Shown: positions 35,533-48,489 of the stretch, piece by piece
Numbering within the stretch: position 1 is the first letter of the stretch
Layout of the letters: every line of letters begins with the position of its first letter
Source: Camelus ferus
Lineage: Eukaryota
Reading direction: 5' to 3'
Length of the DNA: 64,000 bases
Assembly (NCBI RefSeq): GCF_009834535.1
Contig: NC_045697.1
Span: 106,270,001-106,334,000, forward strand
Translations under genes and position numbers: made by a program
Notes under the pieces: model-generated
Seen by the model: the letters and a program-made list of their open reading frames with translations, nothing else
The model's database searches: none
Told to the model about the DNA's origin: nothing

Positions 35533-36028
35533 TGTGAACAAAAAATACTGCAAACCATATCAGTAAACAAAGAATGCTGAAGCCATCAAGTCATCAGTAG
35601 CTGCCGCCACCCCCCAGTGAGGACAGGCCTGCAGCCCTGCCTCTGCAGCCATTCACAATGGTGCACTCTGAGGGGACTCAGAATAAGAAAGGACAGGATA
35701 CTGGCTTTAGATAGCTAGGTGCTTGTCAAAGGAATGAATTCAGTGAGTCCAAATGTTTGCTTCCTCCCATACATAGAAAAGCGCTGAATGTTTTAACTCA
35801 AGATACCTGGTTTTTCTTTAGTTAACTAGTAATCTTTTATTCTTCCAACTCTGGTCTTTGTTGTAAAGCTCCTATATATCCTGGCTCCTCCCCTACCTCT
35901 CTAGAGCAGTCCCTCAGAGACATCTGAGAGGCTTCATCGGAGACTCGAAGGGGTTCGAGTCCTCAGAAATGTCCCCCAAACAAAACATAACTCTCAACTT
36001 TTAGGCTGTGCATTTATTTCAGTCGACA
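35533..36028 (+). mobile_element. ERV1-type solo LTR copy 1, 4-bp TSD AATG
   Basis: TGTGAAC...TCAGTCGACA, with AATG at 35529-35532 and 36029-36032; TATA-like CCTATATATC. Confidence 0.92.
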
Positions 36029-36955
36029 AATGGAAGACTCAGCATATGTCTAAGTAGAGTTTTATAAAAAGTTTTAATTAGAGTTGATAAAACATGGAAG
36101 AAAGACAGCATTTGAAGAGAGAATTGCAGAAATATTTTTTTCTCAGAATGCTCTTAAGACATTGATTTTCATACGTAGGAAGCCCAACAAAAACAAAGCA
36201 GAATGAACAAAAAGAAAACCACACTTGGACATCTCATAATAAAATAGTAGAACAACAATGAAAAGAAGTCCTTAAAAGTAGACATAGAACAGAGACAGAT
36301 TACTCACAAAGGAAAGACAACTGGACAAACACTTGATTTTTCAACAGCAACAGTGGCAGCCAGATAACAGGGGAGTGAAAACGTCAAGATTCTGAGAAGG
36401 CATTACCGAGGAGGAAAACATAAACACACTATAAATTGAAGTTTTCAGCCAACTGACCCTTACTGAAGATACTTCTAAAGATGTAGTTCAAGAAGGAATA
36501 TCATCCTATAGATCTGTGGTGCTGCATATAAGAGCAGGTAAAAAAAAAAAAAATTAGTAAGCATGTAGATAAAACTAAACAAACAAGGAAGTATAAACAA
36601 AATAATTATTTCAATTTGGGAAGTTAAAAATGGTAAAAATAATAAAAGAGAACTAAACTCTAGTAGTTAAGGCAATTTAAGATTTCTATATATGGCAGGG
36701 AAAAGATAAAGATAGTTTAAGTTAAAGGTATATATTAAAATCAATAGGTTAGCCACTTATAAAGACTATACATAAATGCCAAACAAGAACATTAATGCCA
36801 AATGAGTACAAGGAAAACTAGTACAACGCCAAACTATCACAAGGAAAAATGGAACAAGAGGGGAAAATGTATCAAACAATTTCCAAAAAAGACAAAGAAG
36901 CAAAAGAAAACAAGGACAAAACGGAAAGAACAAATAGCACAAAATAGAAGGGGTA

Positions 36956-37451
36956 TGTGAACCAAAATACTGCAATGTGAATGAAAATACTGCAACCGTA
37001 TCAGTAAACAAAGAATGCTGAAGCCATCAAGTCATCAGCAGCTGCCGCCACCCCCTAGTGAGGACAGGCCTGCAGCCTGGCCTCTGCAGCCATTCACAAA
37101 GGTGCCCTTTGAGGGGACTCAGAATAAGAAAGGACAGGATACTGGCCCTAGATAGCTGGGTGCTTGTCAAAGGAATGAATTCAGTGAGCCCAAATGTTTG
37201 TTTCCTCCAATACAAAGAAAAGTGCTAAATTCTTTAACTTGAGATGCCTGTTTTTCTTTAGATAACAAGCAATCTTTTATTGTTCCAACTACCTGGTCTT
37301 TGTTGTAAAGCTCCTATATATCCTAGCTCCTCCCCTGCCTCTCTGAAGCAGTCCCTCAGAGCAATCTGAGAGGCTGTCATCCCGGCTCAAGTCCTCCCAC
37401 CAAATAAAATATAACTCTTAACTTTTAGGCTGTGCATTTTTTCAGTCGACA
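36956..37451 (+). mobile_element. ERV1-type solo LTR copy 2 (same family), 4-bp TSD GGTA
   Basis: TGTGAAC...TCAGTCGACA, with GGTA at 36952-36955 and 37452-37455; AATAAA near 37403. Confidence 0.92.
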
Positions 37452-39089
37452 GGTATAAAGGCATCCAAACACATTTTTAAAAACACAACGATATGGTGTT
37501 CACAAAGAAGAAATAATAGTGGCTTAGACATATGTTAAAAAAAATTATCAGCCTTATTTGTTACTAGGAAAATGTAAATTTAAAGCACAAAGAACTATTT
37601 CATACCTTACAAATTGGCAAATGTTAAAATTTTGACATAATAAGTGTTGCCAAGCACATGAAGCAATGGGGACTTGTAAACTGCTGCGGGGAGTGGAAAA
37701 CTGTGAACATACACTCACTGCCCAGCACAGCTATTCTACTCCAGGCCACTTGTGGCTAGAGGCAATCAATTATTCAGATAGTTAATAATCAGTTACTGAG
37801 TTCCTCCTGCCCAGGCAGGTCCTGCCCACCTGCCTTCCAGGCTGAAGGGATCAATATTCTGCCATCTATATAACCCATTCTCGACGCAACAGGATGCAGG
37901 TTCATATTGACGTTGAGAGTTCTTACCCTAGAGAAACTCTTGCACCTAAAACTTGCAAAGGAATGTAGCAGAATTGTTCATGATAGGAAATAACTTTTTA
38001 AAAGGCCAAGTATCTCTCGGCAATAGACAGGATAATTAAACTATAGTGTAATTATTCAACGGGATGTTACGCATCCATGAAAATGAATGAACCATGGGGC
38101 ATATATCAACATTTTGAAGACTGATGGATCTCCCAAAAATACATCATTGGGCAAAAAGAGAGAAAAGACATTATAATTCTATACACATAAAGTTAAAAAC
38201 AAGTAAAAGTAAGCAAAATACTAATTAGAGATATATGTAGTACTAAAGTGGTAAAGAAAAGTAAAGGAACAATTAACATAAAATTAAGGAGACTGGTTTC
38301 TTCAGGATATGAAGGGAAGGAAAAGACACAGAGTTCTGCTCCCTAAGTTTTGTAAGTATTTGTTTCAGTATTATTCTTTAAGATATACAGAGATATAAAT
38401 AGATATGTATGTGAATAATTATACTGTTTTGTATAATTGATGTATAAAACAACAGAAATTTTAAAAATAATATGGTAGAAAAATTTCTTAAGCTTAGGAT
38501 GAGTGTCTGTCTCTCAAGAAAGAAAAGAATGAAAAGATCTTGGGAATCATAGGTTTCCCAGGTGTATCTAAACTTCCTAGGAGGTTACATGGCTCCAAAT
38601 CTCTCCTGTGGTTTGTGTGTGTTCCTGGAAACTAAAATTCAAGAGTGCAAAGCAGTGGAACAGCTGCTGCCAGGAGTGAGTTGTTTCATTCTCAAGTTTT
38701 AAACTGTATGAATCTATAAATACATATGATTGATTTTTTTATCTGCTGGAGTTAAAAGGAAATGAGTTTCTGTTTTATAATTTGGGGGCATTTTAATGTG
38801 CTTGTGTTCTTATTGATGTTGAAATTGATGCTTAAATAAATAAAGATGCTTATTTGATTTTGAATATGTTTCCCCCTTTGGATTTAAAGTACTCTGCCAC
38901 ATAGTTAATTTATTACTAAACAATTCAGTTGTAAACTGAATAGTATTTTAAAATTTTGAATTCAATCCTTTTGTGTATTTGAGAATTATTCAACTGTAAA
39001 ACACTGTGAATGGTGAGTTTGGTTATCATGATGAGATTTATGTACTGTGTGGTAGATCTGGAACTGCATCACAGAACGAATAAATTGTT

Positions 39090-39262
39090 ATAACTAATAA
39101 TTAGAACCTACTATGTGCTTTATGTACATTTTCTTCAATCTTCACCAAGACTTTGCAAAATAGATACTTTAATTACCACTTTTCCTTAGGAAGTTGAGAA
39201 GTTTAATATCTTTACCTTGATTACACAATAGGAGGTGACTGGGATTCAGACTCACTACACTA
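39090..39262 (-). mobile_element. MIR SINE
   Basis: CCTACTATGTGCTTTATGTACATT...GGAAGTTGAG...GGGATTCAGACTC. Confidence 0.7.
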
Positions 39263-39979
39263 TTCAGAAGGTGAAATTAGTGATACAGGGAAAAGAAATT
39301 TATGAAATTTATGAAAATAGTCAGAATACAATAAACAAAGACAGCATTAGAGTATACATGAGATTTTTAGTGCTTGGCACTCAGCAATTGTGTTTTCCAC
39401 TTTTAGATCTTTTAGAAAACAGCCAGTGATTTTGTAGGGAGTCACTAGGACTTAATCATAATGGGATATAGAACTGCCAATCAAATGCATGTGGTCAAAG
39501 GCTGCCCCAGCCCCCTAGATGCAACTTGATTGACTACCTCCTCTTGTTTGGAGGACTTTTATGGGGAATTACATAAACCAGTGCTTCTCAAACTACATGT
39601 GCTTATAAATCACTAAAATCAGATTTCTAGAGATTCACGATATACTTGGATGATATAACAGCTTATTGAAATTGTCTGGATTAATTTATCTGGCTGAAAG
39701 CTCTATTATAAAAATATCTGGCATATTTTCCCAGGCCAATTTTGACATTCACTGTAGTTCTGTTTCATTATTTGAGAATGTGTTTCTGGTATCTTTGATT
39801 GGTTATAATCTCACTCTTCAACTTTTACAAGAAAATGCATTCCTATCCCACCACATTACTCTAAATTCAACATAAAATATCTGCATTTTAGGTACTTGTC
39901 AAGAAAAAGATTACTTCATATAGTCAATACTTATCAAAAGCTCACTTAAAAGGCAAAATACTATGGGGAATTGTCTAAA

Positions 39980-40130
39980 ACAGTGTTTCTCAAACTTTAA
40001 TATGATTATAAATCACTGCTGCCCTTATTCAAATACAGATTCAGGTTCCATAGGTTTGTGGTGGGGTCCTGAGATCCTACATTTTTAACAAGTTCCTGGA
40101 ATGATAATGATGCTGGTGATCTGAGGAGTA
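39980..40130. mobile_element. MER5A/B (hAT-Charlie)
   Basis: CAGTGTTTCTCAAACTTT...GGGGTCCTGAGATCCTACATTTTTAACAAGTTCC...TGATGCTGGT. A smaller MER5 piece lies near 39578-39640. Confidence 0.8.
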
Positions 40131-41419
40131 GGAAGGGCCTAAGGCACATTCCCCCACTCCACAAGATACCCTAAAATCTACCTCTGATTTAAATTAAACC
40201 TGCAGATAATTATCTAACTTTAGCTAGTTGTTGATTTGTTTTTACTATGTGTACTTTTGTTTATGAGGTAGGAGAAGTAGTGAAAATCTATGTGAAAATT
40301 CCAAACCAACACTTCGTTGACAGACAATTTAACAATATATATTAAAATACAAAGCAAAAGGAGGAGGAGGGCACACCAACAATTCCATTACCAGGAATAT
40401 GTCACAAGGAAATTAAAATTATGCACAAACATTCGAACATAAATATAGTGCACTGCAACCCATAAAAGCATTATTCAATGCCAAAATAACCAAAAATGCA
40501 TTATACCCATATACTGCTAACATTGATTTAATATTAAAGAAAATAAATTAATGAATAAGAAAAGATGTTCAGAATATACTTTTGAATGAAAAAATAAGGT
40601 AATCAAGCATTGTTGTTATAATAAGTATGGTTAATTTTCTTATTTTGGGCTTTTTATATAAAGCATAATTTATAAAAATTATTTTAACACATGGTAAAAG
40701 ACAACTGTTAAAAGGCTTTACAGGATGCTCATAAATATGTAGTAACAGCATAAAGAGAATAGAGAAAGAAGAATACAAAGATCTAAAATAATTTGAGGTT
40801 AAAGGCTGTCCTATGTGTTTGGTTCAAGAATAAACCTAGAATCAGATTAGGAATCAATCACTGAAGACAGCATCCTAAAATAGCCTTTTGTGACTGACAG
40901 TATCTTCACCATCTGTTAATTTCCTAATGCAACAACTGAATGGGAGTGTGTGGCCTCCTGATTACTACCAACCAGGTGTCACCATCTGTGACCTAGTCTT
41001 CAATACCAGGATCTCCTACAAGTCAGAGTTTTGCGTTTGTGCCCCTGGGATGGATTTGGTCCCTTCCAACTAGCCTATGAAGCCAGCCCTGCCTGTAGTC
41101 TCAAAGGAGTCTTCTAATGAGGGATGTTGGAGGAGGTTAGAAAAAAGAAAAGGAGAACCCACAGGAAAATGACTTGATAAAATGAGAATGGCCCAGGTTC
41201 CAGAGAAGAGGAATGGGCCAAGTCCATTTCAAGACAAAGAATTAAGGCCTGTACAACAATTTTGATCAATATAGGAAAAAAAAAAAACAATTACAGAATG
41301 ACTTTTCTTTTTTTCTTTTGCCTCTTTCTAGTAATATTATCATGGTGGTATTTTTCACTGCTTTGGGACCTTGGGCCTCTCATGTGTTCCATTTAGAGGA
41401 ATGTCATGCAGCCCATTAT

Positions 41420-41672
41420 AAATGTATTCAGCAAATATTTTCTAAACTTCTAGTTTATCATAGAAACCATTCTAGGCACTGGGGTCGCATTGGTGGTCTA
41501 AAATGTCTTCAGCCTTGTGGAGTCTACGTTTTAGTGAGGAAGACCAGGAATAAACCAATAAAGAGATTCATGATGTACTGTCAGGTTGGAATACATTGTG
41601 AGTTGAAAAACAAAAGAAGTGGTGCTCTTCTAGAGGTGGGGTTCAGGGAAGAACTCTCACAGGAATTAGCAT
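41420..41672 (-). mobile_element. L2 3' fragment
   Basis: ATTCAGCAAATATTT...CATTCTAGGCACTGGGG...GCCTTGTGGAGTCTACGTTTTAGTG. Confidence 0.75.
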
Positions 41673-41831
41673 CTGTCAGAGATATACAATTACATCTGCC
41701 TGATTCTGCCACTGGGAATCATATAAACGTGGACATTCTGCAATTAATTCCAGGAAATCTTGCACCAAGTATCAAGAAATATGAATATATGATCAAGATA
41801 TTTTCCTTATGGAACTAGTAATATTCATTGT

Positions 41832-42290
41832 TGTCAACCTTAAAAATAAAGCAGCCAGTTATTTTTACCAGCAAAATGGGTTTATTCAGGAATAGCAGAG
41901 AATTGCCAAGACAGATAAGCTATGGTGAATCACAGGCAAGTCTGGAGAACAAAGGAAAGCGCTTGTGCTTTGAGTAGGTTTTAGAAGGAAATTGGCAAGG
42001 GTTGTTTTGAACAAAAGTTCATTGGAGAAGAGCAAGAGTTGGAGGTTTTAGAGTTTCTCACCTAAAGGGGTGATTAGAGTTTTGTTGCTGGGGTAGGGAG
42101 AGATCTTCCTTCTTTTCCTGAAAAGCAGGTGATATAATTCCCCTATGATTAATGTCCTCCTTCATCAAAATAATTCTTATCTTCCGTCTTCCTGCTGGTT
42201 ATGCAAGTGCAAAGAGTGGTATGTATGTGAGAGCTCTCCCCTTGGGCTTCCCGGTTCCATTTTAAATAAGGTTTCCTTTATTAGCACACA
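41832..42290 (-). mobile_element. ERV1-type solo LTR, sense to IQCM
   Basis: TG...CA termini (minus end GGTTGACA), plus-strand TTTATT at 41881 (AATAAA on minus), flanks TTGT/ATGT (3 of 4 match). Confidence 0.75.
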
Positions 42291-42406
42291 ATGTGTCTGT
42301 ACTGTGTGTGTTTGTGTCTGTTTCTGTCCTTATCTCTTTATCTTCTCCATCGCCTTTACCTCTACAGCGACCACTACTATTATTATTGCTATTACTATCA
42401 CTACTA

Positions 42407-42737
42407 CAGGTCTTTGAGTCCTTACTTGTAACTCAGAAATCCAAAAACCTTTACCAAAAAAAACAACAAACCTTTCATAACACATACGGAGGCAAATTTA
42501 ACTCATCTGAACTTTGGTTGCAAAACCTGACCAGATCCAACCAACAAAAGGCCTATATAATGGCCTTGATCTCCCACTTAATGAGAATATCCTTATGCTT
42601 TACTGTAAAATGTTTCAATGGTTTGATTACAGGCTTGACTGTAGATCCACTTATCTTCTTACCTTTCTAAAGTTTGAAATATTCTGATTCCCAGATACGC
42701 CTGGTCCCAAGAGTTTCTAATAAAGATCATGCTTCTG
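42407..42737 (-). mobile_element. MER46C (TcMar-Tigger), near full length
   Basis: TA|CAGGTC...GCAAAACCTGACC...TTACCTTTCTAAAGTTTGAAATATTCTGATTCCCAGATACGCCTGGTCCCAAG; reverse of the element at 29290. Confidence 0.75.
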
Positions 42738-43925
42738 CACAACTAGCACAAGATACAACCATCACCATGGCTGTCACTTATACTAAAATCTTTTGTCTTC
42801 AAGTATCTATATTTGTTATGCCAATTCCTTCTAACATCTCATTAGCCTAACGGTGTACAGCTGAAGAGAAAATTTTGCGCCTAATCCATCTATTATTTAA
42901 TGAACACACTTAACTTTTCAGAAATTTTTTTCTGATCATTTAAAAACACATTATAGCAAGTCTGAAGTCAATGCAATATTAACAGCCATAGCAATATCCA
43001 GAGCCTGTGGACATAACCCCGGATACCAGCGCTTTCTGCATCTACTGGTACTCTCTTTGTCTACTTATCATTACTACTGAAGTCTTCATTCATATTCAAC
43101 ACCCATGTCTGGTGCATTTTGTTTGATGAAAACAAGCTAATTAGTGCTGAACCTTTCCTAGTTCATAAATTTATTCCTAGGAACATTAAAAGGAAGTCAA
43201 GTCAGACATGTTCAGTAACAGATGTTTGCCTTTTTTGGCTGCCTTTTTACAGTTTGTTCCCTTTCATTACTTTTTAAGAAATTTAGTTAATGTTCCCTTT
43301 CGTAGAGAACAAGTGTACCTAGCTTCCCAGGAGGGTGGGGGTGGGGGGGTTCCCCAAGGCAGGCACAGTCTGTTCACTCCCTTAACCTAATATCTGCTCC
43401 AATGTTCTCTCCATCCAGCTTTTCATTCTTTCATCCAGGTTTCGGTAACAATCACACTCCAGCTCATCTCAGAAAGAATGCACATGTTGACTGGAGACTG
43501 TAAAACTACAACTATGGTGGGCACTATTAGTAAAGCACGTGGGCCTAATGCCCCTCAAACACCTTTCCCACACAACTATATCTCAGAATAAAGGGTCAAT
43601 ATGATTTAGAGAATTTGACTGAATCGTTTGGCTTCTGCAGTAAAGAAAGATTTTGAAGTGGCTTCCCAAACTAAAAATCCAATGGTCTTTTATAATAAAA
43701 GAAATGAGAAGTGTAGATCATGATTTTTCTCTATATAATCAAATTGATTCAAAAATACACATTTAAAATTATCCTATTTACTTATCTAACTTTTCATTTT
43801 GAATACTATTTAGTGTGAGGGCTATTGTGATGTGGTTTAAATGGTGGTACACTGGTAAATCTAAGTAACATTACAATCCAAATCTTGCATTCACCAAGAG
43901 TGCTTCCTTTTAAAACTTTGTAAGA

Positions 43926-43956
<31 letters not shown>

Positions 43957-46696
43957 TACAGAAGTCTTGAGCAGTTTATTGTGACCATAGATCTTAACCT
44001 ATTTATTGCTAAAGGAATTTTGCATGGAGTAAAAAGTACTTAACTAGGACAACACTAGAAATTTCTACCTAGAAGGAAAAATTCAATAAAATGAAATAAG
44101 TAATTATTATAAAAATACTAGGGACCATATAAAATATATGATATAAAACTATCAGGCCCAGATAATACTGTTGCAAGGTAATAAATCATTGAAATGTGGC
44201 ATTTTGACTACAACTATATACATTAAAAATAATTACTAAATATATCAAAATAAATATCTATGTCATTCAAAATTTTATATTTCATAGGAAAACAAATATG
44301 CATTTCAAAATTAAAATGTGAAAGCTGAAGATAATGTGCAGTATTAGACATCACATTTCTTGTAATAGGATCAAAACAATAAATAAAAAAACTAGATAAG
44401 AGTAACTTCTGGAATGCTGCTCAAAATGTCAAAAAATCATAGTCACTTAGTTAACTCAAGGCTTAAACTAATTCCCAGACTACTATAGGATTTTCAAAAT
44501 GTAATTTCATTGGTATCCAAAATGATCTTTAAAAATTTAGGAAATCATTTGAATAAACAGAAATTTTCGAATTGATAGCCACAATGATTTGTGTTAATGC
44601 TTAGAAATATCAGAAAATCAAATCAGATAACCTTTTTTTTATCAAATGCAGCCCACAAGAGGAGAAAATCGTGAGTATGAAAACAATTACAACACCTTCT
44701 CAAATGTTGTGCAGGAGGGAAGGAAAAGAGCAGAGAGAAGAAATTGTGATGTGGGAGAAAAATGAGCAAAGATGCTCTATGAATTAAAAGTTAATTTACT
44801 ATTTTTTATTATGTAATAAAATATTTCAAGTGAATGCCCACAGTCTTCTGACAGTACAATAAAGCATTACAAAAAGGTGTCTAAATTTCCAAGTTAAAAG
44901 AAGAATATCCCCTTAGACTCATACAGCTTTCTTTTACCAAAATGGCTCAAGAAAATTCTCCAGAAAAAAGTGATAAGAAGTTTCATTAAAATCTAGTCAA
45001 CCCATTCTATGGTCAAAATTAAGCTTCTATAAAGAATGTTATATACAAAACGTCTTTTTCATTTCTAAAAAATATGTTTCTACAAAACTAATTTTTTTTG
45101 GTTTTGTTTATCAGATGAATCTGTAAGTATGTTTAAAAAAATGACCACTGACTCTTGGTTTCTCCTCTCATACGGGACTTGTTCTCCTTGGGAGGAGGGA
45201 GGTCTAAATGCCCAGAGGACTCACAGTGTGTTCTTTGAAACGTAAAACAATTTATAATGCAATCAGTTATTACACCAAATTCTGCTTGCTTGTAATCCCT
45301 TACTTCCTAGTGTCAAGGTTAGGCAAATTCTTTTCATCCAGAATTAAGAAAATAAAGTGATCAAATGTCTTCCTACAAGGCACTTCGTGATGATGGGGCT
45401 TTGTTAAAATCTTGTTTCTGCTCTTGCCACTTTCCTCTTGAATGCCACACTTCTGCCACACTGAACTTCCCTCACTTCCTTGAAATGCGCCTGCCCTCCC
45501 ACGGGGACAAACCCAGCTAGGTTCTTTCTCCTCTGCTCCTCTCTCCCTGAATTCTGTCACCACCTTGACGAGTATGGGAGCACACATGCTTGGGCATTCC
45601 CTTGCTTGTCATCTCACCCTCAACCTAGGGTGTCACCAGATGGCAGAGGTCCTGTCAAGGAACTTCCTGACCCCCAGAGCCACTGCAACATAGCCATGAA
45701 TGAGCCACTAGCTTAGAAGAGTTTTGCCTTACTGATAACTAATGTGTAAAAGTTACTTCACCCCCTCCTGTGTTTCCAAATATTAGCTAGAAATTAACTT
45801 CTTACACACATTTCTGTTAATATTTGTTTTTATCCTAGCTTTTTAAAGAGCACTATTGATAAATACATTTATTTTTGCATCTCACAATTTTGATAAATAC
45901 CAGAGTTGTTTTCCACACCTACAGTCCATCAGGTTGAGGATTTCAAGATTGCTTCATACATTGTCATAAAGTTAGTGAACCTTGTAAAGAGGAGTTACGA
46001 AGTGAAATTGCAGCAACAAAGTTGGAGATGGTGGTCTTTCCCATATATGCCATTGCAATGCAATATCACATTTTTATGTTACACAAGAGATTACATTCAC
46101 AGGTGCTCACTTACTTTGGATAAATAATATCTTTCAAGATAATTAAGGCTATAAATATCTCAGTACTTCAGAGACCACAAAAAGTAGCATTAGTAACTTA
46201 TTCTTCAGGATGCGGTTTCTTTAACTTCATGTAAAGAAGTTTTAGGGGGCCATATGCCATTGTTTACAATAACTGGGAATTCTAATACAATAAGTCTGCA
46301 GTTGCAGAAATGAAACATTAAAATTAAAGACATACAGCATTATTGTATTATCATTTAATTAGAACTAAAAACATATAAGGATACAAAATACTTTAAAAAG
46401 AAAACAAACACTTCAGGCTTAAAAGGGATAGTGTTCTTTTAGCTTAAAGAAAGCAATCCACAATGACTTTCTTATTTGAGTGAATTAAAATTTTGATGTG
46501 TAGCTAAGCTATACAGAGTGTTTTGAAAGTAGAATGTGTTATAGTTTTCTCTCCTCCTACAAAATCAAAGACAAGGTTATCTGTGCCCTGTCTTCTCTTC
46601 TTTCAACAATGCAAGCTTCTTTCTACATCCTCAGTTTTCCTAGTTACTTTTTGTCTTTTGGACCTGATTGAACAAACTCACATCAAGATTACTTAA

Positions 46697-47532
46697 CACT
46701 TCACACCCACTAGGATGGCTATTATCAAGAAAACAGAAAATGTAGTAAGTGTTGATGAAAATGTGGAGAAACTGGAACACTTGTGCATTGCTAGTGGGAA
46801 TGTAAAATGGTGCAGCCACTGTGCAAAATAATACAGCAATTCCTCAAAATATTAAACATAGGAATCAATATAGATCAGCAATTCCACTTCTGGGTATATA
46901 CCCAAAAGAAGTGACAGAATGGACTCAAACAATACTTGCACACTCATGTTTACAGTGGCATTATTCACAATAATCCAAATGGTGAAAGCAGTCTAAATGT
47001 TCCCCAACAGATGAATAGATAAATAAATATGATATATATATATATAGATATATATATATATGTATGTATATATATACAAGAGGATATTATTCAGCCGTTT
47101 TTAAAAAAGGAAATTCTGACACATGCTACAACATGGATGAACCTTGAAGACATTATGCAAAATGAGATGAGCCAGTCACAAAAGAGAAAGCAGAATACCT
47201 GTTGCCAAGGGATAAGGGGAGGCAAGAACAGGGAACTAGTATTTAATGGGTACAGAGTTTTAGTTTGGAAAGATGAAAAGATTCTGGAGATGGATGGTGA
47301 TAATGGTTACACAGCAATGTGGGTGTACTTAATGCCACCAAACAGTACACTTAAAAATGTTAAAACGTGTGGTAAGTGTATTTTTAGTCTTTTGAGGAAT
47401 TTCCATACACCAGAAATTGACACAACACTGCAAACTAACTATACTTCAATAAATATATATATATAGGAAAAAAAGTTAAAATGGTAAATTTTGTTATGTA
47501 TATTTTACCACGATTAAAAAATGGGGAAAAAA
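46697..47532 (+). mobile_element. L1MB-type 3' end with 12-bp TSD AAGATTACTTAA
   Basis: CACTTCACACCCACTAGGATGGCT...GGAGATGGATGGTG...TATATTTTACCAC. TSD at 46685-46696 and 47533-47544. Confidence 0.92.
47366..47468 (+). mobile_element. Tiny younger lineage-specific L1 insertion with 5' inversion, nested in the L1MB
   Basis: Inverted ORF2-end piece (47366-47407), then sense 3' tail CACCAGAAATTGACAC...TACTTCAATAAA. TSD AAAAA(T/A)GTTAAAA at 47353-47365 and 47469-47481. Confidence 0.85.
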
Positions 47533-48489
47533 AAGATTACTTAAAACTTTGTGATCCTTTTTAGGACTGTTATTATTTTAAAGAATAAACAAAAGCAGAA
47601 TCCTTACTAAAAAAAAAAAAAAATCAGACTTTCAATGGTAAAAATTAAAGGTGCAGTGAGCTGCAGGAAAGGAATTTGAAGGTCTGACCTTACCCCCTCT
47701 TATCCATTTACCTCCCCCAACATAGTTGGCTTGCAAGAATAAGATAAAAGCCTTAACTGGACTGATGCAAAAGGCCTATTAATGCTTAACTAGTCTCCAC
47801 TCTAGTCCACCCCAAGCTCTTTAGACAAGTACACATACCCAAAATACCATCTACTATGTCAACCATGTTTAGAAATCTTTTGTACTAATTCCCCAGTCGG
47901 CAATGAATAAACACTCCTAGTCTTGTATTTAGAGCTATCCACAGTCATGTCTACTCTTGCCAGATTAATCCCAAAAGAACTATGTTTAAATGTACTTCAC
48001 ATAGCTAGAAGCAACGTCTACATTATTAGTGTAAAACAGGGTAGAGCTGGAAGGCTTAGAAGCAGTAGTTCATTTATTCACTTTTACTGGAAGATAATGA
48101 AAACAGCCTTCTATGGGTATCACTTGTTATAGACATGTATGAATTAGAAATATACATCCCATTAGCTGGAAGTAACTGTCTATTCTGTGATTAACTAATA
48201 TGTTCTGAAAATAACAGATTACAAAGACTGTTCAAATTTCAAAAAACATTAACATAATTTCCTAGTCTAAATCCATCTAAATTTCCTTAATAATATTCAT
48301 ATAATGTCCTTATCTAAACAGGGTGGTAATGATTTAGTAGGTTCACTCAGAAAGAATTAAGCAGCATAAGTCAAATAAGACATAATTCAGAAGTTTTCAT
48401 TTACAGGAAAAATATAAAAACTCAGTGTTTTTTAAAATAGTAGATAACAAACTATTCAATAGGAAAAATTATTATCAGCTGTCTAATAG

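Larger units (their letters stand above)
34165..38465 (+). mobile_element. Old L1ME/HAL1-like element (5'UTR, ORF1, 3' end; most of ORF2 absent) hosting two solo LTRs
   Basis: Starts GGAGAGACCAAAGATGGTGG, has A-rich ORF1-like sequence around 35300-36480, and L1 3'-end motifs (GACATAATAAGTGTTGCCAAG, TACCCTAGAGAAACTCTTGCAC) from 37456. Confidence 0.7.

Noticed and set aside
35940..35965. tRNA gene or tRNA-derived SINE suggested by GGTTCGAGTCC
   Set aside because: No A-box or cloverleaf seen; it lies inside an LTR.
35533..37451. Intact non-autonomous LTR retrotransposon or provirus
   Set aside because: Outer flanks differ (AATG vs GGTA), each LTR has its own TSD, and the internal part is host L1.
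41318..41818. Longest ORF in the track (166 aa)
   Set aside because: Non-ATG start, runs through an antisense L2 fragment, no recognisable protein or splice context.
47029..47466. 145-aa ORF
   Set aside because: Chance read-through of L1MB 3' end, (TA)n and the nested L1; the ATTWMNLEDIM motif is L1 ORF2-tail derived.
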